A DNA stretch of 64,000 nucleotides. It comes from an uncultured Verrucomicrobiae bacterium. Its GTDB lineage: Bacteria > Verrucomicrobiota > Verrucomicrobiia > Limisphaerales > Palsa-1400. The stretch covers positions 1,408,001 through 1,472,000 of the forward strand of contig OY969763.1 of NCBI GenBank assembly GCA_963702845.1, in the 5' to 3' direction. Below are positions 32,062-44,804 of the stretch, in pieces. A program made the translations under genes and the position numbers. Under the pieces are notes generated by a model that worked only from the letters and a program-made list of their open reading frames with translations, was not told the origin of the DNA and searched no databases. Every line of letters starts with the position of its first letter. The stretch's first letter is position 1.

Positions 32062-32547
32062 TCATTTGCACCTCCCCAGCATTTCATCAGCGTTTTTCAT
32101 CGTGACCGCTTCGTGAAATTCATCATTCAGCATCATCACCGGTGCTGTGCCGCAACCTGCCAGGCACTCCACAAATTCGACCGTGAACTTTCCGTCCTTC
32201 GTGGTCTGCGCGCCGTGCTCGCTGGCATTAAGTCCCAGCTTCTTGCAAAAATGTTCGCGTAATTCAGCGCTTCCGCCGAGCGCACAACTCAACGTGCGAC
32301 AAACCTTAATATGATATTTCCCGAGCGGCACCTGCCGGAACATCGGATAGAAAGTGACCAACTCGTAAACATTGATCGGCTGCAAATCCAGTTTCTTCGC
32401 CGTCCACTCAATCGCTTCCTGCGAAATATGTCCAAAGCGTTCCTGGATGGCGTGCAGGAACATCAGCGACGCGCTCCGTTTCTGCGGGTAATGAGTGGTC
32501 AACTCATCCAGTTCTTTTTCCATATCTGGCGGAACGGCAAAGCTCAT
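32062..32547 (-). CDS. nuoE: NADH-quinone oxidoreductase subunit E
   Basis: VTFYPMF, CRTLSC, VECLAGCGTAP. Confidence 0.96.
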   Translation of the reverse strand: MSFAVPPDMEKELDELTTHYPQKRSASLMFLHAIQERFGHISQEAIEWTAKKLDLQPINVYELVTFYPMFRQVPLGKYHIKVCRTLSCALGGSAELREHFCKKLGLNASEHGAQTTKDGKFTVEFVECLAGCGTAPVMMLNDEFHEAVTMKNADEMLGRCK

Positions 32548-33834
32548 CGGTCACATTCCCCCATAACGAAATCGAGCGAGCCAAAAATCGCCACTGTATC
32601 GCTGATCATATGTCCGGGCATCACGTGCGGCAAAATGCTCAAGTTCACAAACGATGGCGCGCGAATCTTCAAACGATTCGGTGTGCCGCCGCCTTTGCTG
32701 TTAATGTAAAAACCAAGTTCGCCCTTCGGATTTTCCGCGCCGAAATAAACTTCGCCAACCGGCGCGTTCACGCCTTGCGTCACGAGAATAAATTGATGAA
32801 TCAATTCCTCCATGCTCGTCAGGACTTTGTCCTTCTTCGGCAAAACAACTTTTCCATCCGGCACGTTGACCGGCTCTTTGGCGATATTGTCAGCGCCGCC
32901 GGGCAACTTATCCAGGCACTGCTGCAAAATACGAACGCTCTGGCGCATTTCTTCGATGCGCACCAGATACCGATCATAACTATCGCCAACCGACCCAATC
33001 GGAATCTCAAAATCCAGTTCGCTATAAACGAGATACGGATGAGCCTTGCGAATATCGTGATTCATACCGCTGCCGCGCAGATTCGGTCCAGTCAGTCCGT
33101 AATCGATCGCGTCTTCTTTGCTGATCACGCCAACATTCCTCGTCCGATCAATGAAAATCTTATTTCGCGAGAGCAGCTTCTCTGTCTCGTCGATATTTAC
33201 AACGACTTCATTCAGAAATTTCTGGCACATCGCGACCCAGCCTGGAGGCAAATCACGCGACACACCGCCAATCCGCGTGTAACTCGTCGTAAAACGCGCA
33301 CCCGTCAGCGCCTCGCACAAATTATAAATCTTTTCCCGTTCCGTGAACGTGTGCAGGAACACCGTCATCGCGCCGACATCCATCGCGTAAGCACCCAATC
33401 CCAAGCAGGTGCGCCGAAATGCGCGCCAGCTCGCAGCAAATCACACGTATATATTGGCAACGCAGCGGCAACTGCTTATCGATGCCCAGCAACTTTTCCA
33501 CCGAGAGCGCATAGGCGACGTTGTTCGCCAGAGGCGCGAGATAATCCAGACGATCCGTATACGGAATAAATTGCGTATACGTCATGTTCTCCGCGATTTT
33601 TTCGTCGCCGCGATGCAGATAGCCGATGTCGGGAATCGCCTTCGTGATGATCTCGCCATCGAGTTCCAAAATAACGCGCAACACACCGTGCGTCGCAGGA
33701 TGCGACGGCCCCATATTCAGGACCATCTTCTCGCCTTGGATATCTTCCAACTGATCCGCCGGACCAGGGGAGGGCGCGCTCGTCTCTACGCGGGCGGCGG
33801 GATCACGAAATTCAATTGTTTGCGTCTGCGCCAT
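32544..33834 (-). CDS. nuoD: NADH-quinone oxidoreductase subunit D (frameshift near 33400)
   Basis: NMGPSHPATHGVLR, GYLHRG.EK, ENPKGELG, GSLDFVMGECDR. Confidence 0.96.
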
Positions 33835-33835
33835 G

Positions 33836-34522
33836 CTATTTCTTCTCTATTGGGCCGGGCCCAACCGGCCCCGGTCCATGCGATTGCCCGTGCAAATGTT
33901 TATCATCATCGCGCCGCTCAACGCGCGCATTCAGTGCCAAATCGGCAGTATCGGGAATACGCACCCGCGGTTCACGCGCTTCTGCATCCGATCCACCGGC
34001 AACCGTCACAAACGGTCCACCTTCCAGCGGCGCGGGTTTCGTAAATGCAATCTCCGGCAAATTCGTCGGCTTACCTGCAAGCGGAAAATCTTTGCGCAAA
34101 GGAAAATACGGATAACCCTCCCACATCAAAATACGGCGCAGATCAGGGTGGCCGCGGAACCGAATCCCCATCATGTCGTAAATTTCGCGCTCGTGCCAAT
34201 CCGCCGTGCGCCACACCGAAGTCACCGTAGGCAACTCCGACTTCTCTTCACTAACATCCGTTTTAATGCGCAGCGTGCAATGATGTCCGTAACCGTAAAT
34301 GTGATAAACCAGCGTCCAGCGCGGATCATCCCCGTAATTATCGATGCTTGAGACGTCCACCAGAAAATCAAACCCGAGATTCTTTTTCGCAAACGCGCAA
34401 ACATCCGCAATGCGTTCCGCGTCCTTTAATTTGAGCGTAATATCACCGCGAAACTCCACCGGTTCGGAGAGGACGTCACCGAATTGTGCTTTGAGTTGGT
34501 TAGCGAGTTCGCCGGGGGACAT
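33836..34522 (-). CDS. nuoC: NADH-quinone oxidoreductase subunit C
   Basis: ADWHEREIYDMMGIRFRGHPDLRRIL..PLRKDFPL. Confidence 0.96.
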   Translation of the reverse strand: MSPGELANQLKAQFGDVLSEPVEFRGDITLKLKDAERIADVCAFAKKNLGFDFLVDVSSIDNYGDDPRWTLVYHIYGYGHHCTLRIKTDVSEEKSELPTVTSVWRTADWHEREIYDMMGIRFRGHPDLRRILMWEGYPYFPLRKDFPLAGKPTNLPEIAFTKPAPLEGGPFVTVAGGSDAEAREPRVRIPDTADLALNARVERRDDDKHLHGQSHGPGPVGPGPIEKK

Positions 34523-34577
34523 TTGTAATTTCTAATCTTTAATTTGTAATTCTTTTGCGCTCTTTGCGGTTAGATCG

Positions 34578-35090
34578 TCAAACAACTCTCCTCTGCATCG
34601 CAATCGCCGGTTCCCGCTGCACCTTGGCTTGCAACCTCATAAATCCATCGAGCAACGCTTCCGGCCGAGGCGGACACCCCGCCACATAAACATCCACCGG
34701 AATAATACTATCCACGCCTTGCAGCACCGCGTAACTGCGATACATCCCACCCGTGGAAGCGCACGCCCCCATCGCAATCACCCATTTCGGTTCGCACATC
34801 TGTTCATAAATGCGCCGAACGGCGATCGCCATTTTATAAGTCACAGTGCCGGCAACAATCATCACATCCGATTGCCGCGGAGAAAATCTCATCACCTCTG
34901 CGCCGAACCGCGCAATATCATAACGGCTCGCGCCCGCCGCCATCAGTTCGATAGCGCAACAAGCCAGCCCCATCGGCATCGGCCAAAGAGAATTTTTGCG
35001 AAACCAATTGATCGCAGTATCGAGGCGTGTGTGAATCACATCGCCTTCCACCTTCGAGTTATACCCCACTTCTGTTGTCTTAATTTGCAT
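34578..35090 (-). CDS. nuoB: NADH-quinone oxidoreductase subunit B
   Basis: [23 protein letters not shown]. Confidence 0.97.
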   Translation of the reverse strand: MQIKTTEVGYNSKVEGDVIHTRLDTAINWFRKNSLWPMPMGLACCAIELMAAGASRYDIARFGAEVMRFSPRQSDVMIVAGTVTYKMAIAVRRIYEQMCEPKWVIAMGACASTGGMYRSYAVLQGVDSIIPVDVYVAGCPPRPEALLDGFMRLQAKVQREPAIAMQRRVV

Positions 35091-35207
35091 CGCGAAATTG
35101 CGCTAACAATTAGATTTACTAAACATCCTACAAGTGGGTCAGGCAAGCACTTTGTGATTTTTTTCACAAGCTCTTGACTGTTGTCAGAACCGTCTGAGCA
35201 GCAGGGC

Positions 35208-36338
35208 TCAGGACGTCAATTGCGGAACAGGCGGAGTGTTGAGGGATGTCTGCAGTATCAACCGTGCAAGGCGCAACGCCGAATCCGGGCGGCTTGCAGC
35301 CTCAAGGCTCGCGCGCCAGTCGCCCCAGACTTCGGCGTTATTCGCAAAAGTCCGTTGCACCCAGTTCGGCACCTCGTAAGGTTCGGACACCGTGCCGCCG
35401 TCCAACGATTGGAGCAAATACGCGTTGCCTTCCTCCTGCCCTGGGATGACCTGATTAATAATCATTGGGCAATTCGCGGCTATCGCTTCTTGCACGATCG
35501 CGCCGCCCGCTTTCGCAATCAGCACGTGATGCGACATGAGCAATTGCGGCATCTGGTCAGTCCAACCGATGACCTTAATTCGTGAACCAAACGAACTGAG
35601 ACGCTGCGTCAGTCGCTGTTGCAGCGCGATATCCCGGCCAGTGGTGATCGTGAGTTCGCAGGTCTGATTGAGCTCAAGCAACCGCTCAAGCGTATTGTCA
35701 ACGACTGCTTTGCCAGTGTTAATGACGTAAAGAACGCGAGGTGCGGTCTTGCCGATCGGCGGATCAAATTTCGGTGGTTCAGTGAACTTGGGATTAACCG
35801 GGAAACCCAGATCCTGGATTCGATCCGCTGCCACGCCGTTTTTCCGTAAGACCTCAGCCGTCTCTTGATTAGGAACAACAAACACATCGCTATACGCGAG
35901 ATACCACGCGGAACAAACGCTGATGGAATCGGTCACGACGGTGAAGAGTTGAAACGGGCGTCGCGATACGTCAGGAAATAGCGTTGCGAGCACGTGCGAG
36001 TAAACCGGATACGTCGACACAATCGCGTCCGGCGAATGTTCGCGAATCAATTTGTCCATCGCTCGATGCAACCTTCGCGCGCCCTTCACCTGTCGCCGGA
36101 ACGTCGGCGGGTCATCAAACATTCGAAACATACGCGCCCACACCTTCGGCGCGTGTTTCACAACCAACCGATAGCCCGCTTTCATCAACGTGTTCAGCGG
36201 CCCGTACGCGACCTCAAACAAATCGATCACACGAACGTCGGCCTGTGCGTCAGTTAGACGAATCGCATCGTGGACACTGCGCGCTGCGGCGTTGTGTCCG
36301 TCACCAAAACTTGCCGTTAGAATCAGGATTTTCTTCAT
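35208..36338 (-). CDS. GT28 monogalactosyl/glucosyl-diacylglycerol synthase (UgtP/MGD-like)
   Basis: ILILTASFGDGHNAAA, VVTD, GFPV.PKF, KAGG...EA, PGQEEGNA. Confidence 0.88.
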   Translation of the reverse strand: MKKILILTASFGDGHNAAARSVHDAIRLTDAQADVRVIDLFEVAYGPLNTLMKAGYRLVVKHAPKVWARMFRMFDDPPTFRRQVKGARRLHRAMDKLIREHSPDAIVSTYPVYSHVLATLFPDVSRRPFQLFTVVTDSISVCSAWYLAYSDVFVVPNQETAEVLRKNGVAADRIQDLGFPVNPKFTEPPKFDPPIGKTAPRVLYVINTGKAVVDNTLERLLELNQTCELTITTGRDIALQQRLTQRLSSFGSRIKVIGWTDQMPQLLMSHHVLIAKAGGAIVQEAIAANCPMIINQVIPGQEEGNAYLLQSLDGGTVSEPYEVPNWVQRTFANNAEVWGDWRASLEAASRPDSALRLARLILQTSLNTPPVPQLTS

Positions 36339-37123
36339 GCGAGACGAATCTCAGACGTTGCCAGTGGATTATCCTCATCAACGTATGACTTGGTGTGAGT
36401 TGCCATATTCAGCAGCGTCATATTGCCCTCGAAATCTTCCGCCAGCGCCGTGCAGTTCTCCACCCAATCGCCGCAATTCAAATACATGATATCGCCGACC
36501 TGCCGAATTTCCGGCCGGTGAATGTGTCCGCAAATCACGCCATCAACGCCGCTCTTGCGCGCAAATTGGATCAGCGACTCTTCGTAATCGTTGACGTATT
36601 TCATGGAAGCTTTCGCTTTCATCTTGATGTAGGAAGCGAACGACCAATACCCAAACCCGAGCAACCGGCGAACGCGATTGATCCAGACATTGAGGTCGAG
36701 AATCTTGTCGTAAAGCGCCGAACCAACGCGGTCGAGCAACCGATTAAAATGCGTCAATCCATCGAACTGATGGCCGTGGAGGACGAGATAACGTTTGCCG
36801 TTCGCGCTTTCGTGAATCGTCCGTTCTAGCAAACGCACCGCGCCAAAACTGAAACCAAGAAAGTGCTGCAAAAATTCGTCGTGATTACCCGTAATCAACG
36901 TAACCCGCGTGTGCTTTCGGTTTTTGCGCAGCAACTTTTGGATGAGAACGTTGTATTCATCGCTCCAGTACCACTTCCGTCGCAATTGCCAGCCATCGAT
37001 GAAATCGCCGACGATATATAGGTCCTGGCAATCAACCTCACGCAGGAACTCGATCAGGGGAGCGACACGGGCGTGCTTTGTGCCAAGATGCACGTCTGAT
37101 ATCCAGATAGCGCGATATTTCAT
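36335..37123 (-). CDS. PlcP/LpxH-like metallophosphoesterase (probable intracellular phospholipase C)
   Basis: ISDVHLG, GDFIDGW, GNHD, HG.QFD, ICGHIH, NCGDWVE.CTAL; ATGA-coupled to the glycolipid synthase. Confidence 0.85.
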   Translation of the reverse strand: MKYRAIWISDVHLGTKHARVAPLIEFLREVDCQDLYIVGDFIDGWQLRRKWYWSDEYNVLIQKLLRKNRKHTRVTLITGNHDEFLQHFLGFSFGAVRLLERTIHESANGKRYLVLHGHQFDGLTHFNRLLDRVGSALYDKILDLNVWINRVRRLLGFGYWSFASYIKMKAKASMKYVNDYEESLIQFARKSGVDGVICGHIHRPEIRQVGDIMYLNCGDWVENCTALAEDFEGNMTLLNMATHTKSYVDEDNPLATSEIRLA

Positions 37124-37513
37124 GGTCAAACCTCGTTTCCCCGCGAAACTCGCGTTTCTGCCTTTGAGTTGCAACTACAGAATAACCCGCAGAAGAGATT
37201 TTACACCGCTGCCTCGTAACCGTTGCACAATTGTAACATTGCGCCCGCTGGAATGACGTCCATTGCAGCCACAGGATGCGGGGAACCCGCATCTCCTCAG
37301 CAGTAGTGATCAACGGTTTTAACCGTTTTTGCCCACGATCCCGCGCGCCGGTTTAACGGGCCAGTCGGTCCGTTCGTCTCGCCCGTTTGCATAACTCGAG
37401 CGTCTGGTATATGTATTTGATTGCGGGCCTCTCACTAGCGGTGGACGCAGCCAAACCAAAAGAGAAGCGACCGCATCTTGAATTCTTTAAAAGAATTCAG
37501 TTCAACAATTTAA

Positions 37514-39706
<2,193 letters not shown>

Positions 39707-39710
39707 ATGC

Positions 39711-39777
39711 GGTAAGGACGACTTCCTCGTCGTCCTCTTGCTCTTCCCCCTTACCTCCGCAAGGCAGGTGAGGGGGT
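39711..39777. repeat. Two adjacent GC-rich hairpins downstream of katG (REP-like or terminator)
   Basis: AGGACGAC-TTCCTC-GTCGTCCT preceded by GGTA; CCCCTTACCT..GCAA..AGGTGAGGGG. Confidence 0.5.
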
Positions 39778-40069
39778 CTCGATACTTCCTCGTTGACGGG
39801 GTAGCAGCTTCATAGCAAAATCGCTCGAAGCGCTTATGCGCTTTGGGCGCTGCTACTGTTCAGTGCCGCTGATTGCTCTTTGAAATCCGAAATCGCTGCA
39901 CTATAGCAACTTGGACTTGCTGGGAGTTGCTACAAGTTGCGACTTGTAGCTGATTGTAGCAACTAGTAGCAACATTCCCGCGAAAGTTTTTGGCCGTCAT
40001 TGACCCCACTGCGCTTGCTTGTTTAACCTAAGCCCACACGCCGGTCCTGTGTCCGCCCGGTTGAACCAA

Positions 40070-41336
40070 ATGAACAACAAGCAAATTGAGGCCTCCTACA
40101 AGATCGCTCGCGACCAATATGCCGAGTTTGGTGTCAATACAGACGCCGCCCTGAAGCGTCTGGCCAAAATCCCGATCTCACTTCACTGCTGGCAAGGCGA
40201 CGATGTGGGCGGCTTCGAAAACACCGGCACCGGCCTGACTGGCGGTATTCAAGCCACCGGCAATTACCTCGGCAAAGCACGCACCGCCGACGAATTACGT
40301 GCTGACCTGGACAAAGCGCTCACGTTAATCCCCGGCAAACATCGCTTAAATCTCCACGCGTTGTATGCCGAGACCGGCGGAGTTCGGGTCGAACGAAACG
40401 AACTCGAACCAAAACATTTCAAGACCTGGATCGCATGGGCAAAGTCGAATGGGATGGGTCTCGATTTCAACCCGAGCTTTTTCTCGCATTCAAAATCAGC
40501 CGACGGTTTTACCTTGGCGCACCAGGACAAAAGCATCCGCCAATTCTGGATCGAACACGGCATCGCTTGTCGGAAAATCGGTGCCGCCATGGGTCAGGCC
40601 CTTGGTACGCCATGCGTCACGAATGTGTGGATTCCGGATGGCTACAAAGACACGCCAGTCGATCGCAAAGCGCCACGCGAGCGTTTAGCCGAATCGCTCG
40701 ATGCAATTTTCGCGAAGCCGACCAATTCGAAACCACAACCTCGATGCTGTCGAACCGAAATTGTTTGGCATCGGCTCCGAAAGTTACGTCGTCGGCTCGC
40801 ACGAATTTTATTTCGGGTACGCCGTCCGCAATCGCAAGCTCCTCTGCCTCGACGCTGGCCACTTTCACCCGACCGAAGGCATCGCTGACAAAATCTCCTC
40901 CGTGTTGACGTCGCTCGACGAAATCCTGTTACACGTCAGCCGCGGCGTCCGTTGGGACAGCGATCACGTCGTCATTTTGGACGACGCGTTACTCGCCATC
41001 GCGCAAGAGATCGTGCGCGGCAGTTATCTGGACCGAGTCCATATCGGACTCGATTATTTCGACGCCAGCATCAACCGCATCGCCGCCTGGATCATCGGCA
41101 CCCGCTGCATGATCAAAGCGTTGCTCATCGCGCTCATCGAACCGACTGCCAAACTCCGCGCCCTCGAAATCGATGGGGACTACACGAGCCGCATGGCGCT
41201 TCTGGAGCAATGCAAGATACTCCCGTTCGGCGCAGTCTATGATTACTACTGCCTCAAAGCCGACATGCCGACCGGCGCTGGATTCATGAGTGAAGTGAAG
41301 GCGTACGAAAAAAACGTCTTGAGCAAACGCGGTTAG
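40070..41336 (+). CDS. rhaA: L-rhamnose isomerase (frameshift near 40725)
   Basis: [56 protein letters not shown]; promoter TTGACC-N18-TAACCT at 40000-40029. Confidence 0.95.
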
Positions 41337-41342
41337 CAAATC

Positions 41343-42859
41343 GTGAGCGCTCCTCTCCTTCAACTCAGCGCGATCACGAAATCGTTCGACGCCGTCCGAG
41401 CGTTGAAAGGAGTTTCCTTTTCGCTGAACGCTGGAGAAGTCCACGCCTTGCTCGGTGAAAATGGCGCGGGCAAATCAACGCTCATCAAAGTCATCACCGG
41501 CGCACACCAACCGAATACCGGCACGATTGCGATTAACGGCAACACAGTCGAAAAACTCTCACCCGCTTCCGCGCACAAACTCGGCATCGCGGCGATTTAC
41601 CAACAGCCGGCGTTGTTCCCTGATTTGTCCGCTGCTGAGAATATTGCACTCGGCCTCGAACCTGCCTCCGCGTTGCGCCGCGTTAATTGGTCTCAACGTC
41701 GCGCACAAGCACGTGAGCTTTTAAAGCGCGTTGGTGCTGAAATTGATCCTGACACCGAAGTGCGCGAGCTTTCGATGCCGCAGCAACAGCTCGTCGAGAT
41801 TGCGCGTTCCCTCGGAAAAGGCGCGCGCATTCTGATCATGGATGAGCCCACCGCGTCGTTGACTCAAAAAGAAGTTGAGTTGCTGTTCGGCGTGATTCGC
41901 GAATTACGCAAAGACGGTGTTGGCATCATCTACATTTCACATCGTCTCGAAGAAATCTTCGCCGTTGCCGACCGCGTCACGGTTTTGCGCGATGGCGAAA
42001 GTGTCGGCAACTCATGCTGTCAATGAAATCGATAAGACCAAGTTCATCCGGCTGATGGTCGGTCGCGAAGTCGCCGCGATTTATCCGCCGTCCCAATCCG
42101 CTCCGGGCGCTGCCGTGCTATCGCTCTCAAAAATCGGCTGCGCACAATCGCAGATTCACGACGTCAGCTTCGACGTGCGCGCTGGCGAGGTCTTCGGTCT
42201 TTCCGGCTTAGTTGGAGCAGGGCGTACCGAACTCGCTCGAATTCTTTTCGGCATCACTCCAGCCGACACCGGCACGATTCGAACTCAACGGCCAAACAAT
42301 CCAAATCCATTCACCGCAACAAGCGATCGATCACGGCATCGGCTACGTCCCGGAAGATCGCCGTCGTCACGGCGTCATTTTGGAAATGTCCGTCGCGGCG
42401 AATTCCACGATGAGCATTCATCGCCGGATTTTTCCCGGCACATGGTTGCGCAATAAAGCCGAACGCGATCTTGCGCAAAAATATATCCGCGATCTCGCCA
42501 TAAAAACCTTCTCGCCGGACTCAAACGTCAACACGTTGTCCGGCGGCAACCAACAAAAAGTCGCGCTTGCACGCTGGCTCGCGTCCGGTCCGAAGGTGTT
42601 GATTCTGGATGAACCCACTCAAGGCGTGGATGTCGGCGCGAAATCCGAAATCCACAAACTCATCCGCTACCTCGCCGCTCAGGGTCTCGCGGTCATCATG
42701 ATTTCGTCCGACCTTCCGGAGATTCTGGGAATGAGCGATCGCATCGGCGTGATGCGTGGCGGCACCGTCACGGCAATTCTCGACGGTAAAACAGCCGACG
42801 CCGATACCGTCATGGCCGCTGCGTTGGGCCAAACCCATCAACCCGCACCGGCCCAGTGA
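41343..42859 (+). CDS. Sugar (probably rhamnose) ABC transporter ATP-binding protein, two NBDs (two frameshifts)
   Basis: GENGAGKST, MDEPT, YISH; GLVGAGRTE, LSGGNQQKV, DEPTQGVDVGAK. Confidence 0.9.
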
Positions 42860-43782
42860 AATATTTCCGCGAAATCTCGGTCGCTTTCGCGCTGCTTGCG
42901 TTGCTCGTCGCGCTCGCGATTGTCGCGCCGGCGTTTTACCAGCCGCAGCCACTTCTCTCGCTTGCCACGCGCGAAGCGCCCACTCTCATCGTCGTGTGCG
43001 GAATGGCGCTCGTCATCATCTGCCGACAAATCGATATTTCGGTCGCTTCACAGTTCGCCATCTGTAGCGTCTGCGCCGGCTTGCTCGCGGCGACGAAGAT
43101 TCCGCTCATTATTGTTTTGCCTGCCTCGGTTTGCATTGGTGCGATTTTGGGTTCGATAAACGGCGCACTCATCGCTGGACTCGGACTGCCCTCGATCGTT
43201 GTCACTCTTGCCACGATGGTGACGTGGCGGGAAGCGCTCCGTTGGCAACGACAAGGCGTGTTTGTGAACCTGCCGGACAACGTGCAATGGTTTGGGTTGA
43301 GCCAATCCTCCGGCCAATGGACGGTTATCGCGATCGCACTTGCTCTGTTCTTCGTCCTCGCGATTTGCATGAAGCGCATCGCGGCCGGCCGATTTGTTTA
43401 CGCCGTCGGTTCCGACGCCGAGGCGGCACGCCTCGCCGGTATCCCGCCGCAACGCGTCACGTTTCTTACGTTCGCCTTTATGGGTGCGCTGGTTGGTTTA
43501 GCCGCGATGATGAACGTCGTTCAATCTCCGCAGGTCGATCCCAAGTCGGGTACCGGCATCGAACTAAAAACGATTGCAGCAGTCGTTGTGGGTGGTGTTG
43601 CCATTTCGGGTGGTCGCGGAAATCTCTGGGGAGCGTTCGCCGGTCTGTTACTGCTCGCATGCGTCAGTCCCGCGTTAACGCATCTGCACGTCGAGTCTTA
43701 TTGGGAAAAAGCGATTCAAGGCATGATCATTCTGCTCGCCGTCGTTGCAGATGGAATCCGAACCAAGCGAGGTAAAGCGTGA
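42856..43782 (+). CDS. Sugar ABC transporter permease (RhaP-like)
   Basis: IDISV, PSIVVTL, ELKTIAAVVVGG..ISGGRG. Confidence 0.9.
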   Translation: MKYFREISVAFALLALLVALAIVAPAFYQPQPLLSLATREAPTLIVVCGMALVIICRQIDISVASQFAICSVCAGLLAATKIPLIIVLPASVCIGAILGSINGALIAGLGLPSIVVTLATMVTWREALRWQRQGVFVNLPDNVQWFGLSQSSGQWTVIAIALALFFVLAICMKRIAAGRFVYAVGSDAEAARLAGIPPQRVTFLTFAFMGALVGLAAMMNVVQSPQVDPKSGTGIELKTIAAVVVGGVAISGGRGNLWGAFAGLLLLACVSPALTHLHVESYWEKAIQGMIILLAVVADGIRTKRGKA

Positions 43783-44795
43783 CAAAGTTCCTGCGTTCCA
43801 ATCTCGCCAAGCACGAAGCCATCCTGCTGGCCGTGGTCATCGCCGAATGGTTCTACTTCAATTCCGTCGGAGCGCACTTCGGCTCACTCGACAACACGTT
43901 CGACATCATTCGTCACTCCGTCGAAATCGGCCTGCTCGCTTTGGTGATGACACCAATCATTTTAACGGGCGGCATTGATTTGTCCGTCGGTTCGCTACTC
44001 GGTTTGTGCGCGATTCTTTTTGGAAAACTTTGGCGCGATGCCGGCTTGTCGCCGGTAACTGCTGGAATCTGCACACTGGGTATCGGCGCATTAGCTGGTG
44101 GGTTAAACGCGACGTTAATCACGTGGCTGCGCCTGCCGCCGTTAATCGTGACACTCGGAACCTATTCACTTTTTCGTGGCGTCGCGGAAGCCATCACGCA
44201 CGGTGTCGATACGTTCACCGGATTTCCGGCATCATTCCTCTTCCTCGGACAGGAACGTTTTCTCGGCATGCCTGCGCAAGCGCCGATATTCATTGTCGTC
44301 ACGATTGCCGTTTGGTTGCTCGTTCATCGCACGACTTTTGGCCGTTCGTTTCGTGCGATTGGTTTTTCTCCTGAAGGCGCGCGTTACGCCGGGCTTCCAG
44401 TGGAGCGGCGCATCGCGATGGTTTACGTGCTGGCCGGCATCGTCAGCGCGCTCGCGGCGATTATCTATACCGCGCGACTTGGGCAGGCGAAAGCCGATGC
44501 GGGCACGGGTTACGAACTTTTCGCCATCACGGCCGTCGTCCTCGGCGGAACAAGCATATTCGGTGGCATCGGGACTGTGCATGGAACGTTGCTTGGCGTC
44601 GCTGCTATTGCGGTGCTCAGCAATGGTCTGGTTCACGCGCGGCAACCGCGCGAGGTCGCGGGAATGCTTACAGGGCTGCTGTTGATCCTGGCGCTTGCCA
44701 GTTCGGTTGTTCCAAAACTATTTGCAAGGTTGCGGGCGCGTCGGCAGAACTGCGGATTTCAATCCGAAAAACATATGAAACTCAAACTTCAATAA
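43779..44795 (+). CDS. Sugar ABC transporter permease (RhaQ-like)
   Basis: GGIDLSVG, GYELFAITAVVLGGTSIFGG. Confidence 0.9.
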   Translation: MTKFLRSNLAKHEAILLAVVIAEWFYFNSVGAHFGSLDNTFDIIRHSVEIGLLALVMTPIILTGGIDLSVGSLLGLCAILFGKLWRDAGLSPVTAGICTLGIGALAGGLNATLITWLRLPPLIVTLGTYSLFRGVAEAITHGVDTFTGFPASFLFLGQERFLGMPAQAPIFIVVTIAVWLLVHRTTFGRSFRAIGFSPEGARYAGLPVERRIAMVYVLAGIVSALAAIIYTARLGQAKADAGTGYELFAITAVVLGGTSIFGGIGTVHGTLLGVAAIAVLSNGLVHARQPREVAGMLTGLLLILALASSVVPKLFARLRARRQNCGFQSEKHMKLKLQ

Positions 44796-44804
44796 TAAAC
44801 TTCA

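Noticed and set aside
32610..33569. Long antisense ORFs (also 4262-5173, 8100-9245, 52834-53871)
   Set aside because: Shadow frames of GC-rich, codon-biased genes with no protein motifs.
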